A DNA stretch of 57,375 nucleotides, counting the filler, from Sphacelaria rigidula (Eukaryota): assembly GCA_964200075.2 (NCBI GenBank). It is 8 parts of 8 records of this genome, joined end to end, with 100 filler letters (N's around TTAATTAATTAA, not from the genome) between each part and the next. Parts side by side here need not be neighbours in the genome. Positions count along the whole stretch, not along the records: positions 50,292 to 57,375 come from CAXNAA020016574.1; 7 more parts are not named here. One strand, written 5' to 3'. The notes below the pieces were generated by a model. It was not told where the DNA came from, made no database searches, and was given only the letters and a program-made list of their open reading frames with translations. Positions within the stretch are counted from its first letter, which is position 1. Every line of letters begins with the position of its first letter. The translations under genes were made by a program, and so were the position numbers. This document shows positions 53,273 through 57,375 of the stretch, piece by piece.

Positions 53273-56200
53273 ACAATGCGTGGGAAATAAGTGGCGGGCT
53301 CGATCCCCACCGTACCACTGTAGACTTCGTTCTTGTCTCTGCGTTTCTGTCTGTCATTCTCTCTTCTTTCGATGGGGTGTTCATTTCATTGTCTGTTTTG
53401 TTTTTCAAGGACCCTACACGTCTTTAGTCAGTGGACACGCACGCGCTGAAGCACAAAGGTACAAAACCATGAAGCACCACACCAAAGCACGCACGATTTC
53501 GTGTCGTTCGGATATCTAGGCACACGTTCTACGGTGGCCGTGGGTTACCACACGCTGTGGGAATCCGCTCAGAAAACAAAAACATCATGCGTTGTCGATG
53601 CGGCTGGCTCCCGTACCAATGAGCGCCAGGGTGTCCCGTTCCCATCTAAGAGTTACCCTGCAGCATCGTGGTGGCTAGATCCTGTACCAAAGAGTATCAC
53701 GGCGACCAGTTACTATCCAAAAAAATACTATGCATTGCCAAGGTGGCTGATTGCCGTACCAATGAGTACCAGGGCGTTCAGTTATCCTCCAAAAACTTAC
53801 CGTGTATTACCGTGGTGGCTGCATGCCGTGGTAAACGTGACCAACCTCGCAGAAGGCATAGTCCAGTGAGCCTTGGTATTCTGCGCGTATGTGGGTATGA
53901 TGAATGCATACAACGTACTGCCGCCAAACATTGATGCATGGCTCGTGCCATATCGCAGTTTTATTTTCTATTTCTACGCATCTTGCCATTTGCGTGATGG
54001 CTGACACAGTCGCTCAGTAGCTAGTAGAACGTCCATGTGATATATAATACACACACGCCTATATATGTATGTAGAAATGTTTATGCCCAGGATTGCGGGG
54101 TTATGGTTTTCCCGTTTTTTATGTGGTTCATCTGTGCCCGAGCATCCTTCTCTCTCAGCGATCGCAGTTCTGACGTGAAGAACTCCAATATTCCGCTTGA
54201 ATTGGACTGATACTCATCGCGCCGGTGTACGCTGTACTGTAGTATACCCACTACACGGCGCACCACATGTGGTCTCACTTTTAAACCTTTCAAAGACGAG
54301 TAGAGTTAGCAAGCGGGTTCACATTGTGGAATCGTTGGAGCCACGGCCACACAAACTGTAGTCTTGAGCGCTAAGACAGTAAGGGGGAGGGGAGGGAAGG
54401 GGGAGAGGTCTCCACATGGAATCTCCACATGGAAAAAAGACATGAGCTCCCTCGGGGCAGCGCACCTCAGAGCGATGTACGGACGAGGGAGGTGTACTTA
54501 TGTTCTTGCCTGCCGTAATCATGTGACGATTGACCTTGCACTTGAGGGGTGGAAACGTAACAACAACCTGACTAGTTTCCCCGAGCTCTTCCATGGATCC
54601 CTTCCATTGAAGTGGAGTTTGCCGCCATAGTATGCCCGCGTCGACCGAGCATGGATCCTTTTAGTGCACCCGCGAGTGCCTCATGGACAGGGGAAGGGGA
54701 CACCACGTTCCGTAGCCACAAGGATGAGTAGACTAATGCGTTCTCATTGACGAGGAGCACTATCGCTCTCGATCCCCACTCACTTTACCTTACCACCAAA
54801 ATACTTGCCTGTTCAAGATATGCACGTCATGCTGAAGCAGCATCGCTAGGCCCGTTGATCCCCCCTCCCCTGATAGTGGCTGCCTCATGCTTCAGAATTG
54901 CACCCCAACCCGGGTGAATCCTCAACGCCCTCCGTCTCGCTTTGTGCGTGAATCCCAAACGAAAATGTAGGCCCAACGATATCAATTGGGTAATCGACTA
55001 CGGGGTGGACGATGCGACGTGGGGGCATCGGTACCTGGTCGGCGTCTACTGGGCCTTCACAACCATGTGAGAGGAGACCATGTCGCTCGTTGACGACGCT
55101 CGCGCCCCCGCCCCCACAGACCGAAAGCACTAGCGTTTGCCTGGCAAAGAACGTGTTCGCGGGCGACCATGGTGGGGCGCCAGGCTTTGAATTTGTCCAT
55201 AAGTACGGTATCGCACGTTACTTTTACCTCTTTTGTGAAATGTCGCGGACCTGTCATGGTTTTCGCCGGATCGTTGCTAGTTTGGCATCTTATTGAAGTC
55301 GATTTATCCCTTTGTACAACATACCTACTTTCTTTCCCGCTCTCTTCCTTTGCGGCTACATCTTTGTTCGGGTCGTTTTCCCTGAAAGCAGTCGCCTCCG
55401 TTGATCTTAGTTCCTCCCATTACCCATCGTGCGAACAAACCGAAGTTCGTGGCAGATTGGTTGATGCGAGAATGGTAATAATCATGCGACCAATAAATCT
55501 CCACGAGGTTATCGGCGACAAAATCCAAAGGCGCTTAAGTTTCCTGCCCACCAGTCTATTTTTCGGGCCGTTTATCTTATCAGAGGCTGTCATATGGTCG
55601 GACTGCTAGTGAACTCCGAGTCCACTACAACACATGTTCCGTTCTTGAATTCACGGAAACCACACGATGCTACCATAGCTAAGAGTAGGCTCGGGCACAA
55701 GTTGCAAGGACACTTTGAGGCAGTTATATATACGTCTATTCGGATGTCCAATTTTCACCGGCCATTTCCTTTCTGTACTTTGCTTTTCTCGACTTTTTAT
55801 TCATTTCATTTGTTTTTTTTACGTCTTGGTCTATTATGTCGTTCTGTTCGATTTTTTGTTATGTTCCTCCTTTTTCTCAAGCGAGTGTGTCAGTTTTGCT
55901 TTTCCTTGGGTACGTCTATCATCATGTGAGCACGGCTGGATCCCTGGGGGGCTAGTCAAAGTGCGACAGCCAACCAACTAATAAATCAAATAGATCAATC
56001 ACGGTGGGCGTGTATACCCGCCTGTCCGAAATTTCTTCACATTGCTCCATTCGAAGTTGCTCTCACTTTGCTCTCACTTTGCTCTTCATGGGAGCAGGCG
56101 TTCACTATTCATGCCTATGTGCTTGTACATTGATCTACCAGATTGACAGGCAATCGATGATGCGGTGCTCAGGTGTTGTATGCGTTTTGCGATACACCGC

Positions 56201-57251
56201 TATGACTACAGCAGGTAGCATTGCGCCCTCTACCTGAAGGCGTTCCTTGGTTTCGTGTGTGAAGCCCAAAGCTGTGCGATATCCTAGTGTGTAATAAGCC
56301 TACACGTTTAGACTGTTTTTCTATTGCATCTTACGTCGAGTCCAAAGCTTCTCCTTGTCTTTGTTCATAACCCGAAAATACGGTTTCGGCATTGCGATAT
56401 TCCCTATTTCCCTAGAGTACTCCTGAACTCTTGTGCAACCACATCCCACACGCAATTCACTGAAGGACAACCGTAGGTTATGGAGACATCACGAGCGCCA
56501 ATGACCTGGAGCGAGGATTTGCCATCATAGGCATGATAATCGGCGCTGCCGTGTTCGGATACATCATCGGTAACGTGGCTGTTATCATGGAGAACTTCGA
56601 TGTCGTGGATGCTATAGAGACGTCGAAGATGAACCAGATTAAGGACTGGCTGTACGACAGGAAGGTGATTGAGAGAAGGAAGCGAACCAACAAGAGAAAA
56701 TGATCCGTCATTCCTACGGATACTCATTGCTGTTGTATAGTCGCTGTTGCTATCGTCATCGTCGTCGGCGGCGGCGGCGGCGGCGTTGTTGTGGTTATTG
56801 TTGTTGTTGTTCTTGTTCTTGCTCTTATATTTGTCCCCCCTCTCCTTTCCTCACATGTCGCTTGCCGAATACACGCTATCTCGCTTCCATACTGTGTGAG
56901 CATCATACTGTACACACCCCCCTTTCTCATTTCAAGCCCAACGTACACGCCTTTACTTCATACTTCGACGTAGCATGATAGCGCGAGACCCACCTTCTCG
57001 TTCTTCTTGCCCCCCCCCCCCAGTTACCGCCAGTGCTCGCGGACAAAATCCGGATCCAGTACAGATACATTTTCAAGGAGATGAGCGCATTCGACAGCTC
57101 GGGAATCGTGGAAGTGATGCCCGGGGTCATGGCGACGTCTCTGCTCTACGCGCAGCATCGCGACGTGGCAAAAAGTGTGAGGTTTCTGGCAAAGCGTCCA
57201 CCGATGCTGGTGTGTCGCTTGCTGCGGAGACTGGTACCGTGTCTTGCCACG
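51896..57251 (+). CDS. voltage-gated potassium channel of the CNBD class (KCNH/EAG- or plant Shaker-like), partial
   Basis: Phase-compatible exons 51896-52121 (S1-S2, WDIFVAVLIVY..FRTAYF..IAWRYLKG), 52550-52829 (FFLDLSSTVPID, S4 LRTLRLLRLARLLKL, S5 HIMACTW), 54971-55066 (YLVGVYWAFTTM), 56466-56664 (TTVGYGDI filter, S6 FGYIIGNV) and 57024-57251 (C-linker). The CNBD itself would lie beyond the window. Confidence 0.93.
53605..53835 (+). repeat. 72-bp degenerate minisatellite (about 3.3 copies) in a K+ channel intron
   Basis: TGGCTNNNNCCGTACCAATGAG..CAGTTA..CCAAAAA..GTGG recurs at about 72-nt spacing. Confidence 0.8.
55760..55985 (+). mobile_element. probable non-LTR retroelement 3'-end fragment in a K+ channel intron
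   Basis: Matches the reverse complement of 22730-22990. Confidence 0.55.
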
Positions 57252-57375
57252 GTAAGTAGGGCAAGGGAGATCGATTATTCTCAATGTTTTCGGGTGGTTC
57301 CGGTGGGGGGGTGTACTCATGATCATGCTTGCCATAGTCATAAGACCATTGACCTCGCATCCCTACAAAGCCGGG

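Overview
Eukaryotic, intron-rich, repeat-rich DNA. A brown alga (Phaeophyceae, stramenopile) is inferred from gene and intron style and the repeat families. The window is not one locus. It is eight unrelated contigs of 7085, 7085, 7085, 7084, 7084, 7084, 7084 and 7084 bp, apparently sorted by length and joined by 100-bp N-TTAATTAATTAA-N spacers. Partial spliced host genes I could reconstruct: an SDS22-type LRR protein with a long disordered tail (contig 1), a SYLF/Ysc84 (SH3YL1-like) protein (contig 2), an RRM protein (contig 4), NDUFAF7/MidA with a small head-to-head neighbour (contig 7), and a 6TM K+ channel of the cyclic-nucleotide-binding-domain (CNBD) class with a TVGYGD filter (contig 8). 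Contig 3 appears to be a transposon island. It holds the 3' end of a probable Ty3/Gypsy pol whose C-terminus resembles a PWWP/Tudor chromatin-reader domain, a putative 2-kb LTR, and a multi-exon, pseudogenised P-element/THAP9-like transposase that the ORF track does not show as one ORF. Many non-autonomous elements can be assigned by terminal inverted repeat (TIR) and target-site duplication (TSD): Mutator-, hAT-, PIF/Harbinger- and piggyBac-like. There are also tRNA-derived SINEs, palindromes and minisatellites. All exon structures and family calls were made by eye, without database searches.
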